DNA of 64,000 nt, taken from Eledone cirrhosa (Eukaryota). The stretch spans positions 50,096,001 through 50,160,000 of the forward strand of contig OZ024750.1 in the NCBI GenBank assembly GCA_964016885.1, given 5' to 3'. The position numbers and the translations under genes are program-made. The notes under the pieces are model-generated. The model was not told where the DNA came from, did not search any database, and saw only the letters and a list, made by a program, of their open reading frames with translations. Below are positions 11,024 to 25,289 of the stretch, piece after piece (position 1 is the first letter of the stretch; every line of letters starts with the position of its first letter).

Positions 11024-13216
11024 ATATTTACTTCATATTTATGAATTGAATTTTATTAAACAGAATATTTGGATTAAAAAAAAAAGAAAAAAAAAACTTA
11101 TTTCATATCCCAGAGATTTATGTGAAATTGATTTAACGTGAACTAATCAGGACGAGATTTTTAGTTCAATGTTTGCAGACTGAGAAGCCCCCAAACTGAT
11201 AAACATGTTTGACGTTATCATGTATTATATATTATCATTGCCTCTATATTAATATATGTACACGACTAAATGAAGCTCGCTAGACAACTTCAAATTATTT
11301 CAGTAAGTAACCCATTGTCTCCAGTCTTTGTTGTAATAACAATTCAGCTAAATTTCCAGAAGCATTCGAATTCTGCGGTGACTGCATGTGGTGGTATATT
11401 TGCTTCACACCTGATCCAGTGAAACATCCACATTAGTTGCAGATAGCAAATTATGTTTAACATTCCACGTAACCAATGACTGCAACTCAAAATTCAACAT
11501 TCTTTACTTCCAATTATATTGCAGCTTTACAAGATGAATGTGCTTCCTGCAGAATTTAGATTAAGTCAGTTCCACCGGCTAATTAACACCCGTTTACTCA
11601 ATATCCTGTGACTGAAAAACGCCCATCAGTAGAATAAGCTTAGTTCACTACATTACGCGATCTTACATCTAAATCCTCTCTAAATTGTTAGCAACGATAT
11701 TCTGATCTGCTGCCAAGACATATTCAACCAAATTTGTAGAATCCTTCTACGTGCCAAATCCTTAATACGGATTGATCTTTAATTAGCATCTTTTCAAATA
11801 AATCAACTGCATTTAAATTTAGCTTGTTGCTGGCATAAAACAAACACTGTCTCAAAATATAAACATGCACGACAACTCAATCAACATATTTCGAATGTTG
11901 CCAGGTGAAAACATTGTACTTATTATTTAAACATAAGTTGATTTGTTTCCCCTTTTACTATGCCAGGTGATGTCAACGTTCTGTTCTTCTGCTTCACACT
12001 TGCCAATCCAATTTCTATCAACTTTCGATTCCACCATAGAAATTAAGGCATTTCACTGTTCGTTAACCGTCAGACTCACACGTATTCTGAATAAAACCTT
12101 TGCACCTCACACTTCATATAACTCACTAAACAGAGAGCCAGAAAAGATACTTCAGTGTGTACACTACACTACAACTGTTCTAGCAATGTCAAAACAATGA
12201 TTAGTGGTCGTATGTAAGTAAATGGAGTAGTCATATAACCAAAACGTGACGTACACCCGAGTTTATAGAATTTTCGGTCAGAAAGAAACGAAATGAACAG
12301 AGAATCCATCTGATCTGGTAGAAGAAGTAATCCAACAGTGACGGTCTCTTTGAAGAGTTTGAACGATAGGCAAAGCGCATTATTAAACCTCACATTCTCA
12401 TAAATAATGTTACACATAAATTCGTAAAATGATTACATGTTATGCCTTATTCCGTCTAACAACCTTATGTCAAACCCAGAGACAGATATAATCCTGTGTT
12501 TGTTGTTCTACGCCATTATATTTCACCAAAATCTAGAATATACATCAATCATATTTTACAATAATTAGTGCCTATTTTAATATCACTAATTCTAAAGAAA
12601 CCCCTGTTCCTGTAAAATTTTGTAACCTTGATGTTTTGTTCCTCATTAGATTATCAGGTTCGGCACATCTATCATCACTGGACAGTTACCATAGCCTCAC
12701 CAACGAAATGAGGCCCCACGCCACAAAGAATATGAAATGGTAACCTGATGAAACTATCAGGTTACCATGAAACTATCAGGTTACCCAAGTTTCTTTACAC
12801 GACAAACTTAGGATCGAACTCTCACAAAATATATGTTATTGACTGATGGGATTCCCTTCGAAAATATATAAGTGGAAATATCCTGAGGCCATGGGGCCGT
12901 GTCTCTCCGATAAAGGAAAAGATAAACATCACTAAGATGAACCCTTTCGTGTACAATAGCTCTTTCCATACATATGATTCGGGATAATGCATTTACTATT
13001 TTGTTTTTCGCGACTAGAAGATATTCCAATAAATCACTAAGATATCATAAAATTCAATGTAAAAAAGTGAATAACTTCATCAAAATATTATTGATAATTT
13101 GTTGAAAGTGGAAATTCCCATCTATCTACAAATCTATCTACCTACACACCATTAGCTATATCAAACAGTACTGGCAGGCAATCCAGCAGAAAGAACAATT
13201 AGAATTAGAGTTATAA

Positions 13217-13804
13217 ATATATATAAAAAAGAGGATGTCTGTCCGTGTGTGTGTCTGTGTTTAACTACCTAAAACTAGAGAAGCACCTAACCGACTGTTT
13301 TCAATATTTACACATGTAATACTTATCTTTCATGGAGTGTTCTGAGCAAAAACAATTTCAAATGTTCAATGCCCTGGGGACTGCATTAGGCGATTTAGCG
13401 ATCTCTCTCTATAATTCTTAGTCTTTCTCTTTTTAGATAGATACATACATATAACATCGCGCCCTTATAATATATGTCTGTGTGTCTGGCTGTCTGCATA
13501 GGTCACTTCCTACAATTCGCTCTGCGTCCAGGACGCGCCCTTATAATATATGTCTGTATGTCTGGCGGTCTGCTACCTCCGGTTATTCTGCCACCCTTGC
13601 TCAAGACAAGTCTCACACTCGTTCCCCAAACAGTTGGTAAGTGCACACAACTTCCTCCTCACGTTTTAAGCCAGTGTTGCTTACTTACGTACCACCAGAC
13701 CGTTACTTCTTTGCCAGTCGTGGTTGTGGCAATACTAAACTTAGCTAAGGCGGTTATATATTTCACAATACCTTATCCAGTGCAACACCGGGTACCACTG
13801 CTAG
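13217..13804 (+). mobile_element. Non-autonomous Helitron
   Basis: 5' region aligns with the 5' region of the 25999-26865 element. 3' hairpin remnant and CTAG|T at 13801-13804. Internal duplication of cgcccttataatatatgtctg. Confidence 0.7.
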
Positions 13805-14257
13805 TATATACTACAAATAATTCACCAATATTTTAATACGGAAAAATCTGAGTGCAATAAATATTTAATTAATTTATCTTCTTAATCTCAGAGATATATT
13901 ATTGCTGAATTTGAATCACAAAATCTTTAAGAACAAACTGTCCGTAATTGTTGACCATATACTCATTATATTCTATCGGTGTGAGAAACATGTATGTTAT
14001 AGAAATATCAACGCATGCGGCATGTTGGGTATCGCTTTTTCTTGAGGGAAGCGTGCGAAATATATGTTCACAAAGGAGACCTGATGCAAATTCTTCCGAC
14101 AGAGTGGGCAACATTTAAAACACTGAAGATCCTAGTACTGACATACCCTTCTATCTGTCGATCTGATAATGTGATAGAAAGAATTTACCAAAGTTGCCAA
14201 AAAGTCAGATCGAAACCGATACCATACATTAGGGAAGAGAATTCCTTTTAACTACAT

Positions 14258-14493
14258 TTTTTTTTTTTTTATCGATCGACTTTCGTCAAATCGGACCGAG
14301 GAAACAATGTTTCCGTTGGTCTTTCCAGTTTCTAGTACTATCTATCGGTCGCACTCCAGGTAGAAGGAGCAACCTAAAATAAAGTGTCTTGCTGAAGGAC
14401 ATAAAGCATCGCCCGGTCCAGGAATCGAACTGACAACCTCAAGATTGTGAATGCAATTCTCTAACCACTCAGCCACACGCCTTCACTGAGGAG
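14258..14493 (-). mobile_element. tRNA-derived SINE with poly(A) tail and TSD
   Basis: A box TGGCTGAGTGG, B box GTTCGATTCC, poly(A) tail, 10-bp TSD ttaactacat (14248-14257 and 14494-14503). Second copy at 63073-63262. Confidence 0.85.
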
Positions 14494-15204
14494 TTAACTA
14501 CATAGTCAACCTTATTTTCTATTCACGTGTTTGCAATGATGCTCACACAAATATATTTGGCTACAATCAAACATTCTCAACGAATTGATTAGCAAAATCT
14601 AAATCTCCATCATAGACCGCCCACTAGAAACGGCGATCATCATTGTTACTTTCTCTTTTCTAAAGCTAGTCAAAGGGAATTTGTTCTTCTAAAGTTCAAA
14701 CTATATATAATCTTTAGAAACTGTTTGGCCTCATCTTCTTTGTCTTGACATTCAGAGAAAGAAATATCGATCTGCTTACAATAATCTACATGTTTTTCGC
14801 GTGTTAGTCTCAATATGTATGTGTGTGTATGTGTGTGTGTATGTGTGCGTGCGCGCGCGTATGTTGCCCTATTGAGTAGATGACCAATGATCAAAAGCAG
14901 TTTAGGCGTGACCTTTATATCTTGTTTGAGGTAACCTTTATCTAAGACGTTATTACCCAATGTCCTCTTATTAGAGAATCTTATTTGGCTGCCAATATAC
15001 TGTCTATCAGTTGTCCTTATTCAATCATTTATCTTACCCCATTTCTATTTCTTTCGATTAATATTCACATTACATATTTCAACCTACATTAAAGTGATCT
15101 TCTGCCAATAAGATCTCGGCAAACTGAATGGAATACTCAGTCTACAACATTGGTTAGTGAATTCTTTCATTCCGTTCGGTTCATATATACATAAGTGTGT
15201 GTGT

Positions 15205-15236
<32 letters not shown>

Positions 15237-15364
15237 AGGAGAGGGAGAGAAAAAGAGAGAGAAAGAGAGAGCGAGAACATGTATATGTCTATGTATGTTA
15301 GTGTAGTGCATGTATGTGTGTAATATCTTTGCAAGAAATATTTGCTATTTAAAAACATGATAAA

Positions 15365-15917
15365 AGGAGGTATGTGTAAAAGCCAAAGTCACTATCCTCA
15401 GTTCGATATTCCAGCCAACACTTACCTATGGTCATGAATATTTCGTAATGACCGAAAGAATACGATCAGAAATACAAGCAGCCGAAAGGGGATTCCTCCG
15501 AAGTGTCTTTGGAGTAAGGTTACTCGATAAAGTGTGAAGCTCTGAAATCAGAGACTCACGCCAGATAGAGCCGTTTCTTCTCGGATTTGAAAGATAACAC
15601 CACAATATACTATGGGCATGTAGTCAGAATATCTCAAGAAAGAAATTCTGGACAGATTTGACGGACAAAACCAACTGACAGGTAATAAAGGTGTAGATAC
15701 CCGTTCAAAACAGTTAGATAACATCCAAGAGCTGGGCTGGTCCTCAGTTGGGGATTCAGTCAGATTAGTTGGAGTCAGTTGCTTCTGATAGGACCTAGTG
15801 GATGGAGTCTTTGAGGACTCTCTCTCTCCTTTCCGCGCCCTCATGAAGAAGAAGAAGAAGAAGAAGAAGAAGAAGAAGAAGAAGAAGAAGAAGAAGAAGA
15901 AGAAGAAGAAGAAGAAG

Positions 15918-15946
<29 letters not shown>
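15365..15946 (+). mobile_element. RTE-clade LINE 3' fragment with (GAA)n tail
   Basis: Translates to YGHEYFVMTERIRSEIQAAERGFLRSVFGVRLLDKV*SSEIRD...GHVVR, a typical RTE C-terminus. (GAA)n at 15845-15946. Confidence 0.75.
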
Positions 15947-15948
<2 letters not shown>

Positions 15949-17735
15949 TTAGGTGACTACTAACGTTAAATGCTAGAAGTAGTTCAAAGTCTTCCTCGGG
16001 TCACATACTAGAGTTTTAAAAGAAAGTACACGTCTACTGCTCTAGTTATAGACACTCCAAAAACCCTGGTTCCTCACGTCCGTAAAGCCTCTAGACATTC
16101 CCCAAACCCTGCTTCTGAATATATATTTGATGGGAATAGGCTTATCTGGTGCTAAACATTAAGGACAACAAAAAATCGAACGTTCCAATCCATTATAACA
16201 ATGATAGTATGTAAGAATTTATCAGTTTAACAGATCGATAAATTCAGAAGTAAACATTAGTTCATAGAATAGTGGGATTGTTTAAGTTACTGTATGTGAA
16301 GAATATAAAGTTTCAAGCCCTGACTATGTGTCAGACAGAGAGCTATCATAGAAAGTAGATTTGTTTAGTCAGAGAGGAAATGACACTGTCTGTGATCCGT
16401 TGCAGTGTTACCCAGACTAGAATAAGGACGAGTAAATGATATCTGCTAAATGGAGACTACTCCTTGTTGTTTGCAACAGTCTCGACTCTACTGATGTCAC
16501 CCAAGGGCGAAGTGATAGTATGAAAACGAAAGACGGATTAAATCTATCGCACAAATAAAGCAGATATTCTCCAAATGTGCACATGTTCTGAATGGCTTTA
16601 AAAGCGAGAACTCTATTAAATGCTAACAACCGGCAGATGTCTGTGCGAACATATGTAGATGTAAGTCTACTACCCATGTTTCCCACATTTCTCACAAAGA
16701 GATTTCATGTCAGAAGACAAAGAGCCGGAACTATACATTGCAGGTCTCAATCAACGCTTTAACAATTCTGCCAGTCTAACATCCTTGTAATTCATTTTAT
16801 TGTCGATCCCGAAGACCTGAGAGACCAGAAACAAATACCATACGGCATTTCTTTTTAAGTTCTAACGATTCTGACAAATATCAGGCTTATGTAGAACCCA
16901 CTTCCTTTCTTCTATCCCTTCTCCGCCTCCTTCTCAATCACAGACAAGGAACAAGTCCTGAACCGATATTCCTTCAGTCATCATAGCAATTAAACTTATC
17001 GAACTTGACTTTGACATATCTCTTATGAAATAAAAAAAAGCTAATTGAGATAAATTACTTTATCTTTATATTAATTCACCATTTGAATCTCATTAATACA
17101 TCACTTAAACCGTCACTGATTAATCTATCTCTCTAACAAAACTAATGTATATATACTTTATGCGAGGAATGTGGAAAATGTATTAACCTTAGTGTCAGAT
17201 ATACCACGCCGCTGGATGTTATCTCCTCTCAGATCAAATCATGCCATTTCTATTTATTCTAAGTATATTTTCGAAATGTGACAACAATCAATAAACCAAT
17301 AATTTGTAATATTAAAGTGAGAGAGAAACATTCGCAGTACAAATTCCAACGAAAACAATGAAACAGTCATTAAAGAATGTTTTCTGTTATTAATCAATAT
17401 GGAGTGTGTAAAATACATTAACACACGAACAAAGAAAGAGAAAGGTGCCGAAATTAATAAGGAACAGAAATGCAGCCTTCGTTCTTAAAGAATTTTCCAA
17501 TTTATTTCAAATATTTAAGTGTTAAAACATTCAGGGTTTTTTAATCCAATTATTGTATTATTCACCAGAGTACGTGATGTTTGTTAAAAGGAAGAACACA
17601 TGCACTGTGGCAACATGTCTTCATTACATTCGCGAAATTCACAGATACCTCATTCACTATTTTCAATTAATGAAAGGATATAAAACTGATAGAAGAACAT
17701 GGACAGATATGGAGCAGGAATATGGGAAAAGGGAT

Positions 17736-17737
<2 letters not shown>

Positions 17738-17808
<71 letters not shown>

Positions 17809-17986
17809 CAGATAGGTAGTGCCTTTTCTCTTCACCACCAACATGGCTATTCTAAGAGTAGGCTGTCTAAATGCGCGTGGCCTGGGCTCAACTTGGAAGC
17901 AAGCAATGCTTCTAAAGTAGATGGATAGATAGATAGATAGATGGGTATGTAGTAGATAGATATATAGATATATATATATATATAGT

Positions 17987-18047
<61 letters not shown>

Positions 18048-18156
18048 GGGTATGTAGTAGAGATAGGTAGATAGATATATAGATAGATAGATAGATAGTT
18101 AGGTAGATAGATAGTAGATAGATAGTAGATATATAGAGAGATAGATGGGTAGGTAT

Positions 18157-18236
<80 letters not shown>

Positions 18237-18244
18237 CAGATAGA
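17738..18244. repeat. Compound (GATA)n microsatellite
   Basis: Directly visible, interrupted by a Tx1 fragment. Confidence 0.95.
17817..17915 (+). mobile_element. Tx1 LINE fragment covering the ORF2 start
   Basis: caacATG at 17843 gives MAILRVGCLNARGLGSTWKQAMLL, homologous to the ORF2 starts at 38264 and 46245. Confidence 0.75.
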
Positions 18245-19018
18245 ATAAATGGTGGTTAAAGAAAGAAATGGGGACGATGAGAGAAATGGGGTGAGAGAGT
18301 GAGAGAGCAAGAGAAAAGGTTCCATGAAAACGTTTATATAATTACAAAAATTACATTGCTACTTTCAAGCTAGCGCTAAACAATGAACCATTCATGATGT
18401 TCCTATACGCATTTGTGCTATCATAATTACTGGTCATATCTGGTACGTCATCTTTTGAAGAGAAAAAGAAAACGTTAAACAATTGAATGAAATATACCTT
18501 TGAAAATAAATACTTAAAAATAAGATTGTTTCAAGTTAATGGAATATAATAATCCCTTTAATATAATAGTGTCTTTTTGAAGTTCATTCGATGATTATTA
18601 AGTGTAACGATATTTCTAGTAGGGAATATGTGATGATTCTATATTTTAATTAATATTAGGATTTTAATAATAAACCTCATCTGTTCTAAAGAAAATGATA
18701 GCTTAATTTGGTTTTGGTTACTGCAACTGCGGATTAAAATATACAAAGGCATTTTCAATTATGTCAAATAAATTCATATAATATTTTCTTATTATTTCCG
18801 TCAAAGAGATAAGACGAAATCAGCTACTGTTTTTAGAATATTAATGAGATACTATTACACAATGAGAACAATGCATGGGAATGTTCCTGATTTTATTATT
18901 ATTATTCGATGATGTTAAGTCAAGCAGCATGTATTTAAATATAAATAACTGTCAAGAAATTTGAAAAGAAAGAGATGAGGTTAGTTTGGTTACGCACTAA
19001 AACATACACACACACACA

Positions 19019-19084
<66 letters not shown>

Positions 19085-19324
19085 AGAAAATCTGGTTCGT
19101 AGAATCAAGACGTATCCGAGGACCGCGCGATTTCAGAGTCAGGTCTGATCGCCACATCGACCGTGGCTCGAGCTGGACGCCCGTGAAACAATTGTAATAT
19201 GTCCAACAAATTCCTTTCGTCGCAACACTGATTCTCTTTTTTCTGTGATAGCATACTCTGCTCTATGAGGGCATCGAGTGCTCATACGGCCTACGGCATA
19301 CGGACGCTTCAAGCATCCAACACC

Positions 19325-19396
<72 letters not shown>

Positions 19397-19429
19397 AGAA
19401 CAAAAGATGGTTAAAAGAGTTCCATGTAC

Positions 19430-19494
19430 TTTATTATGCGCATTTCAAAAACAAATATCATCATGCAATAATATTTGTGTTTTCATCAGATAAA
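19430..19494 (-). ncRNA. Type I hammerhead ribozyme, family C (intact core)
   Basis: tttat-CTGATGA-[~16-bp AU-rich stem II]-GAAAT-gcgc-ATA-ataaa, with stem III palindrome atgcgcat. Confidence 0.7.
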
Positions 19495-19666
19495 ACAGGA
19501 GGACATGATATGAAGGTTAAAAAACACTTGTGGATAGTTCAGTTTTAAATCAACATATCTTTTGTTCTTATATATTATGTATACTCCAGTCCTACAAACT
19601 GTAGAGTGCTTCTTATCCGATATCTGCATTGCTTTATTGTACTACAATAAAACTCACCTCCTACAT

Positions 19667-19766
<100 letters not shown>

Positions 19767-19988
19767 ATATGTACTAACAGTGGTATTCATAATATGAAAG
19801 CATGTATAATGAACAGGAACCTCGGTGTTGGTATTCTACGCTGTGATCTTGTCACGACTCTTTCAGTTGTTGTGTGAGAAAGCGTAATACAAATGTTCGT
19901 ATTTGTATCCATCTTAAGTGACATTTATTCACTCGGCATGGAGGCAAAATAGAGACCACATAGAATTTTGCAAATAATACATTTATGT

Positions 19989-20292
19989 CACTCCAGTCAG
20001 AGCCACCGCTTCTCTGAATTGAGCGTTCAGAGTTCCGATACGATAGGCATGTGGTTAGAATGTCTTAGCAAAGAATCGATGGACAGATTTTACAAGCAAA
20101 ACCAACCGGTACGACACCCAGGCTAGACCCCGAGCAAGATTGTTGGATAACATACATGAGGTTCGTTGCTCATACTTAGGGATCCACCCGGATCAGTTGG
20201 AATCGCTTGCTTCTGCCAGGGCCCATTGGAAGGAGTGTTTGAGAACTCCTCCCCCACTAACCTCCCAGAAATAAGAGGGTGAAGGAGAAGAG
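19989..20292 (+). mobile_element. 5'-truncated RTE-clade LINE with 16-bp TSD
   Basis: TSD aataatacatttatgt at 19973-19988 and 20293-20308. Homologous to 15550-15845. Confidence 0.8.
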
Positions 20293-20454
20293 AATAATAC
20301 ATTTATGTGAGGGCTCAGATAATTTAGATTTGAGTTATTCGTTTTAATTATTCCCCCTTGTATTCTGAGATAGCAGTGATATTATTACACATGAAAATTC
20401 GCAAAGTCAGACTTATATTTATTTTGCAAAACCGTTTATCATAAGCCTTCATAG

Positions 20455-20596
<142 letters not shown>

Positions 20597-20634
20597 TTTA
20601 GGAATAACCAAAGAGTGATTAGAAATACATTGTT

Positions 20635-21410
20635 TAATTAGCTAACAGTGTTTTATCCATACCCCATGGCAGGAATCATCAGAGCATATTAACAAGTGCA
20701 TATCAGAGATTGAAGGTTCCATCAAATTCAGTTACCAGAACAAGGTTAAAAGACCAGTAGAGGGGTCCCAGGACCAGCGTTATATATAAAAACACACAAT
20801 ACATGACGCACATAATGTTATACTGGCTGGAACCAATTGATGTTGTTTGTAGGGTGATGTTATGGTATAGAGACATCGACATGTTACAAGGCGATATAAC
20901 TGGAATGTACCATCCTTTCTATGGACAATCCTAAATGTAAAGATGCACCACCGCTAACCAACTATTCTTCTCACGGACTCATGATTCGAAGCTCTCTTAC
21001 TCTGCCTGTACATCCTGTATTTGCACTGCATGTGAATTGATGCATCTATGCTTTGTATTGTCTGTTTTTTTTGTTTTTTGTTTTCTGTTTTTTGATCATG
21101 CTGAGTAACAGCCTCACTCAGTTCCTGCTATCCTCTCCCAACCTCCTTATCATCTATTGCACCATTTATATGATAAATGTTTAATGTAATTTTTATGACA
21201 TTTTATGACATTATGTGCGTCATGTATTGTGTGTTTTTCTATATAACGCTGGTCATGGGCCCCCCTACTGGTCCTTTAACCCTGTTCTGATGACTGAGCT
21301 TGATGGAGCCTGTAACCTCTGATATACTCTTGTTAATAGGCTCTGATGATTCCTGCCATACGTATGGATGAAACATATGTATATATAATATATATATATA
21401 TGTTTGTGTG

Positions 21411-21452
<42 letters not shown>

Positions 21453-21763
21453 CACACAAACATACGTTTACATACATACACAAAATTATTAGATGGTAAT
21501 TTAGCGTGTGTGTTTTTCTATATAACGCTGGGCATGGGCCCCCCTACTGGTTCTTTAACCTTGTTCTGATGACTGAGCTTGATGGAGCCTGTAACCTCTG
21601 ATATACTCTTGTTAATAGGCTCTGATGATTCCTGCCATACGTATGGATGAAACATGTATATATATATAATATATATATATATATATGTTTGTGTGTATGT
21701 GTATATATATACATATATATATATAAATATATATATATACATATATATATGTATGTGTGTATG

Positions 21764-21851
<88 letters not shown>

Positions 21852-22064
21852 TATATACATACACACACACATACGTTTACATACATACACAAATTTATTA
21901 GATGGTAATTTAGCGTGTGTGTTTTTCTATATAACGCTGGTCATGGGCCCCCCTACTGGTCCTTTAACCTTGTTCTGATGACTGAGCTTGATGGAGCCTG
22001 TAATCTCCGATATACTCTTGTTAATAGGCTCTGATGATTCCTGCCATCCGTATGGATGAAACAT

Positions 22065-22154
<90 letters not shown>

Positions 22155-22164
22155 TGTGTGTATG

Positions 22165-22196
<32 letters not shown>

Positions 22197-22246
22197 AACA
22201 TACGTTTACATACATACACAACATTATTAGATGGTAATTTAGCGTG
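20635..22246. mobile_element. HHR repeat family D: inverted copy plus three tandem copies
   Basis: 20650-20820 is the approximate reverse complement of 21207-21375. Tandem units start at ~21230, 21508 and 21917. HHR cores at 21343, 21622, 22031 (plus) and 20676-20682 (minus). Confidence 0.75.
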
Positions 22247-23330
22247 TGGTCTACCAGGCCATTTAAACTCTAGCATGCGGTCTACCTGCACCTTTACACC
22301 TCAGTGTACAGCCTAGCTCCACTACAAACACATGTTTGGGAGGATAATAAAACCAATTGAATACTGATTCATTATTACTGACATACACTTAATCAGACGA
22401 ATTATAATGATAACAAAAGCCTAAATAGTACATTAATGGTCAACATTAATATGGATGTTATCAGTGCTGCATAACTGATACAAACATTTCAAACTTACAA
22501 CATTTAACTAACGATACTCACTTCCTATATCATTTAGGAATGTTAGAAACAAATATGTTTCATCTCGTCTTAGTATATTCTAGTAAATGTAACCCAAGTG
22601 TAACTGGAAAAGCTGACATTAAGTGGGCGACAACCCATTCTATTTAGATTTCCATATGCAGCCCATTCATCCAAATGAATCACTGAGCACTTTTCACATT
22701 CCCGGTCAATGTGGAATAAAAACTGTTTCTGTAATACCGTTCCGCATAAAGGTGTCGACAGTCACAGCCCTGTTTGAGAGAGGAGCATTGTCCCCATTTG
22801 GCATTTTCCAACGATTATGTTTCCGTCGACCAGCAAATCATGCCTCATCAATCTGAATGAGGTTGCCGTCACTCCCAACCATCTTACTCTATTGAAGATG
22901 CGTAACGATCGTTCCACACATCTCTCGGCTTATATTGTACCAGTCAGTTATCCTACTGAATGACTGTCCAGTTAGAGCCATTACTGTGTTCATGGGTACT
23001 ACAAAAAAAGAATACCAATTCTACAATTTCGTACAAACGCAGAATGAGTGAAATTTGTTGTTGACGTCTATATAAAGGGAAAGTGAGTTTCCTTTCAGAA
23101 CAGAATATTGGCACCTCTTTCGGCGACGACAAATACAGGCCTCTATTCCACATCTCTTTGACATTTTTGTTTTTCTTGCATGACACTTCCGCATGGATGC
23201 AAGCATCTGCTTCTTGAAGGATATCAAGGAGATTCGACCGGTCATGCATGATGACGGAGACTGCACGATAATGGTCATTTCACAGCGTAGACTACGAATA
23301 CTGCGGTAGACTGCACGCTAAAGTAGCACC
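22230..23330 (-). mobile_element. Merlin (IS1595/ISXO2-like DDE) DNA transposon remnant
   Basis: Minus-strand peptides ITDWYNISREMC...GSDGNLIQIDEA*FAGRRKHNR and SVIHLDEWAAYGNLNRMG. Imperfect 26-bp TIRs (21/26) at 22230-22255 and 23305-23330. Confidence 0.75.
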
Positions 23331-23459
23331 AATCATGATATGTTGTACTATTTCTAATGTTGTTCAAATGTAATTAATCGTTTACATCACTTGTTGATGT
23401 AATATATATCTGAGAGCCGATTTAATGTTATCTGGTTATTATCCTTCTTGTAAAGATCT

Positions 23460-23625
23460 CAGGAGAGGGTCGGACGCCATGCTTTGCAGCATAGTTACGT
23501 CCCTTTACGGTCTGAGTTCAAATCCCGTCGATGTTAACTTTGCCTTTCATCCTTACCGGGTCGATAAAATAAAGTACCAGTAATGAAGTGTGTAATTGCT
23601 GTCCTTGTGCCAAATGTAGAAACAT
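23460..23625 (+). mobile_element. Meta-domain-like SINE (octopus OK-like)
   Basis: gagttcaaatcc B box and ctttgcctttcatcctt...gtcgataaaataaagtaccag core. Confidence 0.8.
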
Positions 23626-25289
23626 TTATTATCTAAATATTCGTAGGGAACCCGAAATAACCACAAGCAAGTTATACATTTTATACGAGAAATATAAGCC
23701 AAAGTACACTATGAAAAAAGTGATACCACGATTGTTTCAACTTAGCTATATAATCCTATATTTAATCCTAATCCTATTTCGTTACTAAAGATCTAACAAA
23801 ATCGTGTGAAACTAACATGTTTAAGGATTGCGGGATTGAGTAAAAAACTGTTCCTTCCCCACATGGAATACATTTTGTACGAATGCCAAATTATATATTC
23901 TTGTAAACAGTTAAATAGCTTACGTTCTCTATGATATGTAATGATGTATCCTATAATTATCTCACCCGGGCATTATCAAACCTGAGAAATTTCCATGAGT
24001 AGATTTCGAATATGTACAAACATACCCGTATTCTGAGTTGACTGCAGTAAAGCTAAATAACATCTAACTTAAACCAAAACGTAAACAAACGGTCCGATAG
24101 AGGAACCAACCACATGTGGGATTTTAGCGAGCGTTCTCTAAATAAGCCTATGGATCTGTTCCGTGAATAGAAGGCATACACATCATTGTTTGCTATAAAT
24201 ATATTGAAATGTTGAAGCCCCAGACAACCCAGCATTAAAAAAAAATGTAACTACGGTGAATTAATAGTACAAACATATAGATATAGAACTTAATGTACAA
24301 ATGGATATTTCTTTTCTAGAATGCAAGCGAAGATGTGAAAGTCTCCCTATTATTTTAACATTGGTATTTTAAATTATATTTCTATGTATCTGTACTATTA
24401 ATTCATCTTAATATCTAGATTATTACGTTTGACGGAACATTTCATATTTACAAACAATATCCCTTTTCAATGATTTGAATTCATACAACCTTATTCGCTT
24501 GACATATTCAAAGTCTCCGCGGTTTTACTGTCATGTTATCTCTAGATCTCTATTTCTCTACAAGCTGATATATATTTTTATAACATGCTCTCTCTTTCGC
24601 TCCATTGTTAAGTATCACACCCACTCTCTCAATATGTGTCTCTGGGACACGTGATCTCACACAGAATACGTTTCTTTTTACTGCCATTTATACAAACAAT
24701 TACATTTGCGTATAAATATTTGAAACTCTTAAATACACACGACTAAAGAATGAAGTAACGAACAAATAAGAAGCTAACGACAATCAAGAAACCTGTAAAA
24801 TATATGTATTCATCATTACTTTATACTAACTGTAAAACATAAGATAAATATGTGCCAGAAACATCTATGGAGGGTTTCACTCCCCAAAATTTAGCAATTG
24901 AATATCACAAGTAAGGCTAACGCGTCACCCACAAGCTACCTACTTATCCTTCATATTTCCAAAATAATTCACAAAAAAAACAATCACATACAGGCACACA
25001 GACGCGCGCACACCCACAAGGAAACAAAAATTTGAAACAAAAACAATATTGACGAGAGTAGAACTCTGTGTTCATTAGTGCTGCTAGAAATAATGGATAT
25101 ATCTTCCGTAAATTATCATCAGACACTTTGAAAATCAATACACAATTACTAAACTGTTAAACCATGTCCTCTGTTGTAATTATTTCACTAACCAAACATT
25201 TTAAAACTTCTGATATCACGAAATATGACAGTCAATGTCCAGTCATTGAACTGCAGATAATTTTTTTCCAAGACTTAAAAAGTGTAATT

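Noticed and set aside
12735-12786. ctgatga...gaaac motif
   Set aside because: The core is buried in a hairpin (tggtaacctgat/atcaggttacca) with a local duplication, so no proper three-way junction forms.
14258-14493. tRNA gene
   Set aside because: A and B boxes are present, but the non-tRNA body, poly(A) tail and TSD identify a SINE.
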